Assembly: GCA_963796105.1 (NCBI GenBank)
Contig: CAWCKJ010000002.1
Location: forward strand, 1-64,000
Source of the DNA: a candidate division FCPU426 bacterium
Lineage (GTDB): Bacteria; Oederibacteriota; Muellerivitia; Muellerivitales; Muellerivitaceae
Direction: 5' to 3'
Length of the DNA stretch: 64,000 nucleotides
Below, in pieces: positions 17,292 to 27,447 of the stretch. The notes under the pieces were generated by a model. The model saw only the letters and a program-made list of their open reading frames with translations, did not search any database and had not been told where the DNA came from. How positions within the stretch are numbered: the stretch's first letter is position 1; each line of letters starts with the position of its first letter. The translations under genes were made by a program, and so were the position numbers.

Positions 17292-17981
17292 GTGGCCTTG
17301 AAAAAAACAATCTGCGTGATACTCCTGGCCCTATTCCCCCTTGCCGGCTGCGGCGGGCAAAAAAAAATGGAGGCGGAACCCGTCAGCGGCCCCGTAAAAC
17401 AGCTCAGGGATCTGGTCGCGGCGGGAAAATATGACGAGGCTTTGGGGATCACGAAGATCATCGCGAGCCAAACTCCCCCCTCTCCTGACCGGGAGGAAGC
17501 GCTCTATTTGGAATCCTACGTCCTGGTTTACGGAAAATCGGAATTTGGGCCGGCCAGAATTACCTTGAAGCAAATGCTGGACGCTTATCCGAATGGTCCC
17601 AAGGCCGCCGCCGGCCAAAAACTCCTCGCGGATTGTTTTTATTGGCAGGGGATGAATGAGAGGGCCATGAGGGAATACCAAAAACTGCTTCTTTCCGACC
17701 AGGGAAAGGGCATGGCCGGTTACGCCCAGTACCAGATCGCCAACTGCCTCTTATTGGCCCGGAAAATAGGGGATACCTTGACCGCCTTCCGCGAGGTGGC
17801 GGAGAAAGCCCCTGGTGATCCATTGACCTCCCCGGCCCAACTGATGGTCGCCAATATCTACCTTCGGATCCAAAACTACAACCAAGCCAAATCGGAGTAC
17901 CAAAAATTGCTGGCCTTCACTAAGGACCCGGGCTGCCGGCTTGCCGCCGAGGACGCCTTAAGCCGTATCGAGCAAAAGTAA
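17292..17981 (+). CDS. TPR lipoprotein (BamD/CpoB-like)
   Basis: Lipobox LAGC; TPRs with YPNGP. Confidence 0.75.
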   Translation: MALKKTICVILLALFPLAGCGGQKKMEAEPVSGPVKQLRDLVAAGKYDEALGITKIIASQTPPSPDREEALYLESYVLVYGKSEFGPARITLKQMLDAYPNGPKAAAGQKLLADCFYWQGMNERAMREYQKLLLSDQGKGMAGYAQYQIANCLLLARKIGDTLTAFREVAEKAPGDPLTSPAQLMVANIYLRIQNYNQAKSEYQKLLAFTKDPGCRLAAEDALSRIEQK

Positions 17982-18010
17982 ACCATGAAGAAAGGGGCGG
18001 TAGTCGAAGA

Positions 18011-18886
18011 ATGATCCTCAACCTTTCGCCTGAGTTTTTGCCTGGAATCATTTTGGGTAGTTTTTCGGCCGCGTTGACGGCCTTCAGCCTGGCGGTGTTG
18101 ATCCTGGGAAACAGGGCAATACCCTCCGGATCAGGCTGGCGTTTGCCCTTACATGGGTTTCCCGGTATCAAGAGATTATCAACGCAAGACGCCTTTCCCG
18201 CCCTGATCCTCCTGTCCGGTATTTCCCTTTTTCTCTTACAGCTTCCGGAATATGGATTCTTATTAGCGCTGGTTTCCGCCGTGATTTGGTTGATGCAAAA
18301 GAAGGCCCCCCTTTGGAGCAAGAAGAGGTCACAAACGAAAAAACTGAGGGGAATGAGGGAAGTATTCCCCCAAACCCTCGGGATGATGATACAGGCCTTG
18401 AAAAGCGGCCAGACTGTCATCCAAGTCTTAGGCTACCTCTCCCGGGAATGCCCATCCCCCCTCAAGGATGAGATCGCGGGGGTTTGCGCCGAAATCGATT
18501 TGGGTTCCTCCGCCGAGACGGCACTAACCAGGATGTCCGACCGCTTTCCCGATTTCCTGGAATTCCGGCAATTTCTGGAGTCCTACCTGGTTGCCAGGCA
18601 AACCGGGGCCAATCTCAGCCACCTTCTTCAAGTCTTATTGGATGCCATGGAGGAGAAAAACAGGATCCTCCGGAAAATGGGAGCCATGACGGCGCAAGCC
18701 CGTCTTTCGGGGCTCATGATGGGCTGCCTTCCATTCCTGCTGGGAGCGGTATTCTTCATGATGGACCCCGCCCTCATGACCCCCCTTTTCACCCAGCCTT
18801 TGGGATGGGGCTTCCTGGCCGCAGCCTGCTTCCTGGAGGCGATCGGCTTTCTTTGGATCCGCCGGCTGCTTCAATTGGAGTATTAA
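18011..18886 (+). CDS. tadB: TadB-like T2SSF-family protein
   Basis: ALKSG, TGANL, AMTAQARLSG, LP. Confidence 0.88.
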   Translation: MILNLSPEFLPGIILGSFSAALTAFSLAVLILGNRAIPSGSGWRLPLHGFPGIKRLSTQDAFPALILLSGISLFLLQLPEYGFLLALVSAVIWLMQKKAPLWSKKRSQTKKLRGMREVFPQTLGMMIQALKSGQTVIQVLGYLSRECPSPLKDEIAGVCAEIDLGSSAETALTRMSDRFPDFLEFRQFLESYLVARQTGANLSHLLQVLLDAMEEKNRILRKMGAMTAQARLSGLMMGCLPFLLGAVFFMMDPALMTPLFTQPLGWGFLAAACFLEAIGFLWIRRLLQLEY

Positions 18887-18887
18887 A

Positions 18888-19760
18888 ATGGCCTATTTCC
18901 TCATCCTTCTTTCGGCATGTTGTTTCGGCTGGCTCGCGAGGGAACTGGCTCTCGAGGGAATTCAAAAGATTTCAGGATACCGGCAAAATCTCCGGCTGAA
19001 AGGTTTTCTGGGTCAGGGAACAAAAAGGCCGGTTCATCATTGGTTATCCGTTTTTTCAGGGGATGGATTAGATAAACTTTGCACCGGCTGGCCGGTCCTC
19101 CTTCGTTACAGCCATTACCTGGCCAGGCAACTGCAGCGGTCGGGACGGGAGGATCTCAAACCGTCCAATATCCTGAATGTCCAAATCCTCTCATCCTTGG
19201 GCGCCTTTCTTTTTTTTCAACTCCTCTCAGGGAGCTTTCTCTTATCCATCCTTGCCTTTGTTGTGGGCGCCGCCCTTACCTTGATCCGGCTTGGGGATCA
19301 GGCGGTCCGCAGGGAGAGAATCCTGTTAAGGGACCTGCCCAACGCCTTGGAGGTCCTCGCTCTTTGCTGCGAGGCGGGACTCACGGTGGAGCAGGGTATC
19401 GCCCATTATCACGAGAACACCCGTCCGGGGCCCCTGACCCAGGAGTTCGGGCTTCTTCTGGAGCAAACCAAGAGCGGTTCCAGCCGCAAGGCCGCGCTGA
19501 CGGCCGCGGCAGACCGCCTGAGACTGACGGATTTTTCCCTTTTCACCACCAGCTTGATCCACGCGGAAAAATTCGGGACCGGGGTAGCCAAGACCCTGGG
19601 ACAATTATCCCTGACCATGAGGGACAAGCAGTCGCAACGGGCGGAGAAGGCCGTGCAGGAATTGCCGGTCAAGATGCTGCTTCCCTTGATCCTCTGCATC
19701 CTCCCCGTGACCTTCATCGTTATTTTCGGTCCCATCCTCCTCCAGTTTTTCGGCCGATGA
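18888..19760 (+). CDS. tadC: TadC-like T2SSF-family protein
   Basis: LPNALEVLALCCEAGL, AEKFGT, AEKAVQELPVKMLLPL..FGP. Confidence 0.9.
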   Translation: MAYFLILLSACCFGWLARELALEGIQKISGYRQNLRLKGFLGQGTKRPVHHWLSVFSGDGLDKLCTGWPVLLRYSHYLARQLQRSGREDLKPSNILNVQILSSLGAFLFFQLLSGSFLLSILAFVVGAALTLIRLGDQAVRRERILLRDLPNALEVLALCCEAGLTVEQGIAHYHENTRPGPLTQEFGLLLEQTKSGSSRKAALTAAADRLRLTDFSLFTTSLIHAEKFGTGVAKTLGQLSLTMRDKQSQRAEKAVQELPVKMLLPLILCILPVTFIVIFGPILLQFFGR

Positions 19761-20095
19761 AACCAGGTCCGGGGCCGGGGACATTGCGGGTCAAAAGGGC
19801 AGAAAGTTATTTTCCGAGGCTGGCCGGCCTGATGGGCAGAAGAACCTGGCCTCCGCGCTGGAGCGGGATTTTTTTCCCCAGATGCCGTTCAGTGCACACC
19901 TTTTTCACATTCCTAAAACCGGACTTATTATTCCTTGACGGCCAGGGACGGATTTTGCGAATTTATCCCTCGGCCAAGCCATGGCGTTTTTTCTTCGGCC
20001 CCCGGGAAACCCGGTCCTGCCTGGAGGCGCCCTCCGGCTGGTCCAGGAAAACCGGGTGGCGCAGGTGGAAAAAGATAACCTGGAGAGAGGTTTAA
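19757..20095 (+). CDS. DUF192-domain protein
   Basis: AESYFPRLAGLMGR..CRSVHTFF..DLLFLD..KPWR..CLE; ATG overlaps the tadC stop. Confidence 0.78.
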   Translation: MKPGPGPGTLRVKRAESYFPRLAGLMGRRTWPPRWSGIFFPRCRSVHTFFTFLKPDLLFLDGQGRILRIYPSAKPWRFFFGPRETRSCLEAPSGWSRKTGWRRWKKITWREV

Positions 20096-20253
20096 AATCT
20101 TCTTTGGGTGGGAAGAAGAGCCTGCTGGACGTATAATTCTAAAACCAAGCGCGCGGGCCGGCTCCAAGAAATGTAAACCTGTGAACGCCGACGAAGGCAG
20201 ATCCAATAGCCTTCCGCGAGGCCAAAATTTAATCATGAAAAGGGGTATGGGTC

Positions 20254-21561
20254 ATGTCCATGGAATATTTGAAAGCCGATCCCGAGGTGTTTGAGGCCAA
20301 TTTAAACGAGGTGAGGCGTCAGAACGAGAAACTGGAGCTTATCGCTTCCGAGAATTTCACGAGTCTCGCGGTCATGGCGGCCCAGGGCGGGGTGATGACT
20401 AACAAATACGCCGAGGGATATCCGGGAAACCGCTACTACGGCGGTTGTGAGAACGTGGATGTGGTGGAGAACCTGGCCCGGGAAAGGGCTGGGCGCCTTT
20501 TTTCAAACGCCGAATACGTGAATGTCCAGCCCCACTCCGGCAGCCAAGCCAATATGGCTGTCTATTTCACCTTCGTGAAGCCAGGCGATACCATCCTGGG
20601 CCTGGACCTGGCCCACGGGGGGCACTTGACGCACGGGAGCAAGGTGAACTTTTCCGGGAAAATGTACAATTTTTTCGCCTACCAGACCCGGAAGGAGGAC
20701 GGCAGGGTGGACCTGGCCCAGGTGAGGGACTTGGCCAAAAAACACCAGCCCAAGATGATCAGCATCGGGGCCTCCGCCTATTCGAGGGATTGGGACTACG
20801 CCGAATTCCGGAAAATCGCCGATGAGGTGGGGGCGTTTCTTTGGGCGGATATCGCCCATACCGCCGGCCTCATCGCCGCCGGGGAGTTGAACAACCCCAT
20901 GCCCCATTGCCACGTCGTGACCTCCACCACCCATAAGACTCTCCGGGGGCCGCGCGGGGGTTTGATCCTGATGGGAAAGGATTTCGACAATCCCTTCGGC
21001 GTGACCGCGCCTAAAAGCGGCCGGACCCGTAAAATGGGGGAGCTCTTGGACAGCCAGATCATTCCCGGCATCCAGGGAGGGCCCTTGATGCACGTAGTGG
21101 GCGCCAAGGCCGTGGCCTTTGGGGAGGCTCTCCACCCGTCCTTCAAGAGCTACGCCAGGCAAGTCAAGGCCAACGCCAAGGCCCTTTGCGACGCCTTGGT
21201 CGGGTATGGTTTCCAGGTCATCTCTGGAGGGACGGACAACCACTTGATGCTCATCGATTTAAGGAACAAGAAAATAAATGGAAAGCAGGCCCAATTGGCG
21301 TTGGACGACGCCAACATGACCGCCAATAAAAACGCCGTGCCATGGGATACGGAGTCCCCTCTTTTAACCAGCGGGTTGAGGCTGGGTTCCCCCGCCCTCA
21401 CCACCCGGGGGTTCAAGGAGCCTGAGTTCAAGCTGATCGCCAAGTGGATAAATGAGATAATTTCCGCGCCGGAGAATGGGGGGATCCGGGATAAGGTGAA
21501 GGGTGAGATCGCGGAAGTGGCTAAGAAATATCCCCTTTATCCGGAGCTTTTAAACAAATAG
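20254..21561 (+). CDS. glyA: Serine hydroxymethyltransferase
   Basis: [45 protein letters not shown]. Confidence 0.98.
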   Translation: MSMEYLKADPEVFEANLNEVRRQNEKLELIASENFTSLAVMAAQGGVMTNKYAEGYPGNRYYGGCENVDVVENLARERAGRLFSNAEYVNVQPHSGSQANMAVYFTFVKPGDTILGLDLAHGGHLTHGSKVNFSGKMYNFFAYQTRKEDGRVDLAQVRDLAKKHQPKMISIGASAYSRDWDYAEFRKIADEVGAFLWADIAHTAGLIAAGELNNPMPHCHVVTSTTHKTLRGPRGGLILMGKDFDNPFGVTAPKSGRTRKMGELLDSQIIPGIQGGPLMHVVGAKAVAFGEALHPSFKSYARQVKANAKALCDALVGYGFQVISGGTDNHLMLIDLRNKKINGKQAQLALDDANMTANKNAVPWDTESPLLTSGLRLGSPALTTRGFKEPEFKLIAKWINEIISAPENGGIRDKVKGEIAEVAKKYPLYPELLNK

Positions 21562-21702
21562 CCGGGCAAAACACGGGAGTGCCTTTTCAACAGGGATTTG
21601 AGGGGCGGGATTCCCCCGTTTGGGGAAAAAAAACGCCTAAAATACCAGGCATGATCAAATCAAATGAAAATTGGCTTTTCCAAACGGCCGGTTGTATTGA
21701 GT

Positions 21703-22803
21703 TTATTTTTTCGAGGCCTTGGAGGCTGGCGGGAGGGAAATGTCCGAAGCCAACGGGGTTGTGGTAGTTTTGGGCTTGGAGGGATTTAAGAGGGAATTGG
21801 AAGCGGCGACGGGAGTTGGAAGCGGGGCGGATATAATCCGAACCGGTCCCCAGCTGGGAGAGCAACCGCCCTCCGTGGTCAGGATTTTCGAGTCGGTGCC
21901 GTTTGCCTTCATGATGTAAAGATTCAACCCCTCGTCCTCGGAACCCTCCCATCCACAATACACGATTTTAGAATCCAACTGGGCGAATCGGGGGCAAAGA
22001 CTGTGGTTGTTGGTCGTTAGATTCACCGGATCGGAACCGTCGGAATTCACCGTGTACACCTGGGAAATGTTGGATCGGTAGAGGTTGAATAAAATCTTCC
22101 TGCCGTCCTGGGAATAGGAGGGTGAACCCACATTCCAGTCGGTGTATTGGGTTAATTTTTTCAGGCTTTTGTCGGACAAAGTCAAGGACCAGAGGTTGTA
22201 AACCGTGTCATCCGCGTTGGAGACAAACAGAACCGATTTACCGTCGGGCGAGGGAGCCGGGCAAAGGGCGTTGTGGTCAAGCAGGAGGGTTTCCGGATTA
22301 TAGCCGTCGGAATCCATCATCCAGAGGGTGCCGTTGATTGTGTAAAATATTCTTTTCCCGTCGAAGGACCAGGCGGGAGCCGTGTTGACTTGCAGGTTTT
22401 GATCCCCCGTCCTCAACGTAATGTCCTCGTCAAAAGTCATTTGGGTACGCTGGGAGCCATCCGCCAATATCTTCCAGATATTAAAGTGGCCGCCTTCGGA
22501 GTCGGACCAATAAACGACCTGGCTCCCATCGGGGGACAATGCCGGGAACCACTCGATGCTTTTACCGCCAGTCAAGGGGGTGATATTGGACGTCTCGATG
22601 TCCAGCCTGGCCAAGTGCCCGCGTTGGACGAATGCCAGGCTGCCCTGGGCGATGACCGGCGTCGGCACAGGGGGGGGCGGCGGCGGCGGGGCTTGTTTGT
22701 GTTTGCACCCTGCACAAACCAATAAACAAAAACCCAAAAAGAGAAAAAGGAAGGCTCCGATAGGCGATTGAATCGTCGATGGAAATAATGGCTTTTTATT
22801 CAT
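21703..22803 (-). CDS. TolB-like PD40 beta-propeller lipoprotein
   Basis: Lipobox CAGC, poly-Pro linker, repeated P-x-W/L-SPDG. Confidence 0.8.
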   Translation of the reverse strand: MNKKPLFPSTIQSPIGAFLFLFLGFCLLVCAGCKHKQAPPPPPPPVPTPVIAQGSLAFVQRGHLARLDIETSNITPLTGGKSIEWFPALSPDGSQVVYWSDSEGGHFNIWKILADGSQRTQMTFDEDITLRTGDQNLQVNTAPAWSFDGKRIFYTINGTLWMMDSDGYNPETLLLDHNALCPAPSPDGKSVLFVSNADDTVYNLWSLTLSDKSLKKLTQYTDWNVGSPSYSQDGRKILFNLYRSNISQVYTVNSDGSDPVNLTTNNHSLCPRFAQLDSKIVYCGWEGSEDEGLNLYIMKANGTDSKILTTEGGCSPSWGPVRIISAPLPTPVAASNSLLNPSKPKTTTTPLASDISLPPASKASKK

Positions 22804-22810
22804 TCCACAC

Positions 22811-24202
22811 TCACTTTTTGGACCATGAAGGGCTGGAAATTCCAGTGGCTGCGATTCGGATTTTATTGTTTCCTGTCAAGCCGTCCATCACCCAGAGTTC
22901 CCCGTCCTTAAGATAAGCGATTTTAGTCCCGTCCGGGGACCAAATGGCGTTACTCACGCCGGGGTCAGTCAGGTATTTCAGGGATCCGATTTCAGTATCA
23001 TCCTTGGCTGGTTTCTCGACGATGGCCACCCGATAACCGGTATCATCCGCCGAATCCTTCGCAAGCGTCATCAAGATAGGAGCCGCAGTCTCGATAGGGC
23101 AATAGGAAAGCAATGGAGCCAAGGTGGATTTGGGCCATTGGATCACGGGCCTGGGTTGGGAGGTGTCCGGGGAGGCGATAAAGATGGAATCGTTGCCGAA
23201 ACCCTTGACCAAGTAGGCGACCCACCTGGCGTCCGGGGACCAGGAAATGTCGGTTACGGGATTGCGCACATCCGCCAGGTCCAGGGTGTCCTTGAGCCTG
23301 GGATTGACCAGCATTAGTTCAAAATAATCCACGCCTTTTTCCACCAGGAAAGACAAGTATTTAATGTCCCTATGAGGAGCCCATTCCAAGGCCGAAATCA
23401 CGTAATTGGGGTCGGGAGTGTATAAGCTTACCAGCTCCGTGCCATCCGGTTGTATTTTCCAAACCTGTTTCCGATAAATGAAAGAAATCTCATCGCTTCG
23501 GGGGGACCAGGTCAAGGGCGGCTTTAAATGGGCCTCTTCCAGCGACATATCAGTGAAGAAAGTAAGTTGCTTGATCTCGGCGCTGCCTTTGTTGATGGAA
23601 TAAAGGTTTAATTTCCCGTCCTCTTTATCGGAAAGAAACGCCAAAGTTTTTCCGTTGGGGGACCACAAGGGAAAATAACAACTGACGCCGACTTTGGTTA
23701 TCCTTTCGCGATTCGTGCCGTCGGTATTCATAAGCCATAGCGAGGGTTTTCCCTGTTCTAGGGACGTAAAGGCAATTTTTTCTATATCCACCGGGGTCGG
23801 AACCGGGGTGGCTGTGGGAGTCGAGGTGGCCGTGGGTTTAGTCACGGACATTTCAGAAGAAAATTCCTTGGGGGCTTCCTGGGTTGGATTTTTAGACGAT
23901 TTTACGGGAGCAGCCTCCACAGCCTTGGTAGGCTCACTTTGAGGCATCACGGGGGTATAAATGGGAACATTGGCGATGGGGGATGCCTGAACGGGGGTTT
24001 GATTTCCGCTAATTTGTTTGAAGAAAGGGAGGGAACGCTTCCCGCAACCGGGAATATTGACGGTACACCCGGAGGAAATGATCAAAAGCAAAAGCAAAAT
24101 GGCGGAGAAGGTAGATAGTCTTTTAAAGGTTTCGGGCAATCGGGTGTCCCTTGTCAAGAATGTTAAAAAGCCTAAGATTTGATGGCAGTTTATGGTTTTC
24201 AA
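22811..24202 (-). CDS. TolB-like PD40 beta-propeller lipoprotein
   Basis: SSGC, PT-rich linker, WSPNG/WSPD repeats. Start position uncertain. Confidence 0.78.
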   Translation of the reverse strand: MKTINCHQILGFLTFLTRDTRLPETFKRLSTFSAILLLLLIISSGCTVNIPGCGKRSLPFFKQISGNQTPVQASPIANVPIYTPVMPQSEPTKAVEAAPVKSSKNPTQEAPKEFSSEMSVTKPTATSTPTATPVPTPVDIEKIAFTSLEQGKPSLWLMNTDGTNRERITKVGVSCYFPLWSPNGKTLAFLSDKEDGKLNLYSINKGSAEIKQLTFFTDMSLEEAHLKPPLTWSPRSDEISFIYRKQVWKIQPDGTELVSLYTPDPNYVISALEWAPHRDIKYLSFLVEKGVDYFELMLVNPRLKDTLDLADVRNPVTDISWSPDARWVAYLVKGFGNDSIFIASPDTSQPRPVIQWPKSTLAPLLSYCPIETAAPILMTLAKDSADDTGYRVAIVEKPAKDDTEIGSLKYLTDPGVSNAIWSPDGTKIAYLKDGELWVMDGLTGNNKIRIAATGISSPSWSKK

Positions 24203-24244
24203 ACAGAAAAGTCAACAAAATGAAGGATTTTGGCGTTTTGTTGG

Positions 24245-25087
24245 CTAAGTTTTTTCTAAAACCAAAATTATTCCTTGGGGAACGGGATGAGGAGTCGCGT
24301 TCAGGTTGGCGAGAGACATAAAAGCGTTTGAAATTCCGTGAGTACCGCCCTTTTGCATAGATTCAGTCAACAACGGACTGGGGTTTAAGTCAATCAGATG
24401 GGAATTCAGCAATTCAGACTCGGCTTTTCCAAGCAAGGGTAGGGCTTCAGGAGACACCTTAATGACGACATAATTATCATCCAGTAAAAGATAAGGTTTG
24501 CCGGTGAATGCCGAGAGTCCATCCAGCTTCCTTGAATCATCGGTTTTGTGCCTAAGCCCTTTTTGGGGGGGTGACATTTCTTTCGGGGTTTCCGGGGAAT
24601 TATTTTTACCAGAAACCAAAAACCATATCAGTAGGCTTGTCATGAGGCTTCCAAGCCAACAACCCATTCCAACGACAATGGGTCCTGGATTTAAACGCAG
24701 AATCAGCATCCAAGAAAGTGAATGGCCTTGTCCCTTATCCATGGTCTGGACGCATACCCACCGGGACGGGACAAAAAAATGAACGCCAGGCGCGCATGGG
24801 TTAGCGAGAGCGCCCCGGTTTCCCCCGGCGCAAATCGGTTTAGAATCCAGCAGGGCCTGGAAAGCGACGACGCTCTCCAGTTTTTCCAATTGATGGGAAA
24901 AATCTATGACGGCAAGATCATCCTTCATCTGCAGGGCGTAGACAAAATGCGAAAGGGCCAACTGGGCTTCTTCGCCAGCCGCCAGGCGGTCTTTCTGGTA
25001 AGTCAGCCAAAAGCCCGATAAAAAGCTGATGAGGCCGATGCCTAACAGGGCCGGGAATGCTTTTTTTAGGGGTTGACGCTGGTTCAT
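24245..25087 (-). CDS. Two-TM membrane protein with a C-terminal PAS-like domain
   Basis: Two hydrophobic segments; LLLDDNYVVIKVSPEALPLLG..ESELLN resembles a PAS core. Confidence 0.5.
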   Translation of the reverse strand: MNQRQPLKKAFPALLGIGLISFLSGFWLTYQKDRLAAGEEAQLALSHFVYALQMKDDLAVIDFSHQLEKLESVVAFQALLDSKPICAGGNRGALANPCAPGVHFFVPSRWVCVQTMDKGQGHSLSWMLILRLNPGPIVVGMGCWLGSLMTSLLIWFLVSGKNNSPETPKEMSPPQKGLRHKTDDSRKLDGLSAFTGKPYLLLDDNYVVIKVSPEALPLLGKAESELLNSHLIDLNPSPLLTESMQKGGTHGISNAFMSLANLNATPHPVPQGIILVLEKT

Positions 25088-25270
25088 AATCTTTCCTTAG
25101 CCGTTTCAAAATATAATATAATTTCAAAACCCTCCGGGGTTAAAAATATTTTTAAATTTCGAATTCGAGATTTATGATTAAAAGGGTCAAGGACGTTGAG
25201 CTTTTAAAGGCTTTTGGTTTATTGCGTTTTGAGAAATCAGGGGATTTTAAAAGCTTGAAAAGGCGCCAAA

Positions 25271-26353
25271 ATGAAAAACAGCGACAAAAACTTAAAAAAA
25301 CTCAGGAATTCCATCGACCGGATCGACGCCCAACTGGTCCGGCTCCTGAACGAGCGGGCTAAGAACGTGCTGAAAATACGTGAGGTCAAGGCAAAGGGAA
25401 ACCTCCAATACTACGCTCCCCACCGGGAACAGGAGGTTTACCGGAATATCGCTTCCCGAAGCAAGGGCCCCTTGCCGGCTGAGTCCTTGAACGCTGTTTT
25501 TAGGGAAATCATGTCAGGTTCCCTCGCCATGGAACAGAAGCTCAAGGTCGCCTATTTCGGCCAGCTGGGGACCAACACCCATATCGCCGCGCTTCAAAAA
25601 TTCGGGAGTTCCTTCGAGTATTCCGCCGGCCCCACGATCAAGGATGTTTTCTTGGAGGTTGAAAGGGACCGGGCTCAGTTCGGCGTGGTCCCCATCGAGA
25701 ACTCCACTGAGGGAACCATCAACCATACCCTGGACCTGTTCATGGAATCCGACTTGAAGATCTGTTCCGAGATTTTCCTTCCTATCACCTATACCCTGAT
25801 GTCCCAGTCGGGGGATGCAAGAAAAATCAAGAAAGTTCACAGCCATCCCCAATCCCTCGGCCAGTGCCGGATATGGCTGGAGACCAACCTCCCCAACGTT
25901 CCAATCGTGGAAAGCGCCTCCACGGCCAGGGCGGCCCAAACCGCCTCGGAGGACCCATCGGTCGCGGCTATCGCGCCGGACCTGGCCGCCCGGCTCTACA
26001 AATTAAAGCCCATCGCCAAACGAATCGAGGACATGCAGGACAATTACACCCGGTTCCTCGTGATCGGCAAGACGAGCGCCGGAAAAACCGGGGATGACAA
26101 GACCTCCCTGATGGTTTCCATCAAGGACAAGGTCGGGGCCCTCTTCTCTCTTCTATATCCCTTTGAGAAGCTGGGGTTGAACCTGTCCAACATCGAGTCC
26201 CGGCCCTCGCGCAAAAAAGCCTGGGATTACTATTTCTTCATCGACTTCCTCGGGCACATGGACGATCCCAAGGCCCAAAAGGCCGTCGCGGATGTCGAGA
26301 AATCCGCGTTGATCGTGAAGGTCCTGGGTTCCTATCCGCGCAGCGGGACCTGA
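25271..26353 (+). CDS. pheA: Chorismate mutase / prephenate dehydratase
   Basis: LRNSIDRID, VPIENSTEG, SHPQ, NYTRF, IESRP, LGSYP. Confidence 0.96.
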   Translation: MKNSDKNLKKLRNSIDRIDAQLVRLLNERAKNVLKIREVKAKGNLQYYAPHREQEVYRNIASRSKGPLPAESLNAVFREIMSGSLAMEQKLKVAYFGQLGTNTHIAALQKFGSSFEYSAGPTIKDVFLEVERDRAQFGVVPIENSTEGTINHTLDLFMESDLKICSEIFLPITYTLMSQSGDARKIKKVHSHPQSLGQCRIWLETNLPNVPIVESASTARAAQTASEDPSVAAIAPDLAARLYKLKPIAKRIEDMQDNYTRFLVIGKTSAGKTGDDKTSLMVSIKDKVGALFSLLYPFEKLGLNLSNIESRPSRKKAWDYYFFIDFLGHMDDPKAQKAVADVEKSALIVKVLGSYPRSGT

Positions 26354-26358
26354 AAGGC

Positions 26359-27447
26359 ATGCCATTCCAGGTGCCAATCCGCCCCCATCTCACCCAAATG
26401 AAGCCCTATGTCCCTGGCAAGCCCATTGAGGAACTGGAGAGGGAACTGGGTGTTAAAAACGCGTCCAAAATCGCCTCTAACGAGAATCCCCTGGGGCCGT
26501 CCCCCTTGGTGTTTCAGGCTCTCCAGGCGGCCCAAGGCGCCATCCACCGTTATCCAGACGGCTCAGCCCATCGATTGACCCAAAAACTTTCTTCTTACCT
26601 TGCGGTTGATTCCAGCACACTCATGCTGGGCAACGGCTCCAATGAGTTGATCGTGCTCCTCGGGCAGATGACTCTGGAACCTGGCGCGGAGGCGGTTTAC
26701 GCGGATAAAAGTTTTGTCGTTTATCCCCTAGTGACCCAGATGATGGGGGCGGTTCACAGGGTGATTCCCCTGTCCAATTTCACCCATGACTTGCCGGCTT
26801 TCGGGCGGGCTCTCAACGAGAGAACCCGGGTGGTTTTCATCTGCAATCCCAACAACCCCACCGGAACCGCCGTGTCCCAGGAGGCAATAAAGTCTTTCCT
26901 TGAAGGATGCCCCCCGGGGGTGCTGGTCATCCTAGACGAGGCCTACCAGGAGTACCAGGAAGAGGCCGGCCGTTTCGCCTCGCTCAAAATTCAGGAGACT
27001 CATCCCAACCTCGTGGTCTTGAGGACTTTCTCAAAGGTCTTTGGGCTGGCTGGATTGCGTATCGGCTACGGCGTAGCCCATCCCAGCCTCGTGGAGGTAT
27101 TCCAAAAGATCCGCCAGCCCTTCAACGTCAACCACCTGGCGATGAAGGCCGCCGAGGCGGCCCTTTCAGACCCGCAGCATGTTGGAAAAGTCTTGGATTT
27201 GAACCGGAGAATGAGGGACAAACTGACGGAAGGCTTGAGAAAGCTGGGATATTCCCCGGCCCCGAGCCAGGCCAATTTCGTCTATTTTGAGGTCTCCCGC
27301 GCGGATGAAATTTATGAGAAACTGCTTCGAAAGGGAGTGATCGTCCGGCCCATGGGGCCCGGGGCCTTGAGGGTCACTACGGGAACCGAGCAGGAAACGG
27401 AGAATTTTCTCAAGACCTTTGGGAGACTCGCGGGAGAGATGAAATGA
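26359..27447 (+). CDS. hisC: Histidinol-phosphate aminotransferase
   Basis: ASNENPLG, GNGSNE, NPNNPTG, DEAY, RTFSKVFGLAGLRIGY. Confidence 0.96.
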   Translation: MPFQVPIRPHLTQMKPYVPGKPIEELERELGVKNASKIASNENPLGPSPLVFQALQAAQGAIHRYPDGSAHRLTQKLSSYLAVDSSTLMLGNGSNELIVLLGQMTLEPGAEAVYADKSFVVYPLVTQMMGAVHRVIPLSNFTHDLPAFGRALNERTRVVFICNPNNPTGTAVSQEAIKSFLEGCPPGVLVILDEAYQEYQEEAGRFASLKIQETHPNLVVLRTFSKVFGLAGLRIGYGVAHPSLVEVFQKIRQPFNVNHLAMKAAEAALSDPQHVGKVLDLNRRMRDKLTEGLRKLGYSPAPSQANFVYFEVSRADEIYEKLLRKGVIVRPMGPGALRVTTGTEQETENFLKTFGRLAGEMK

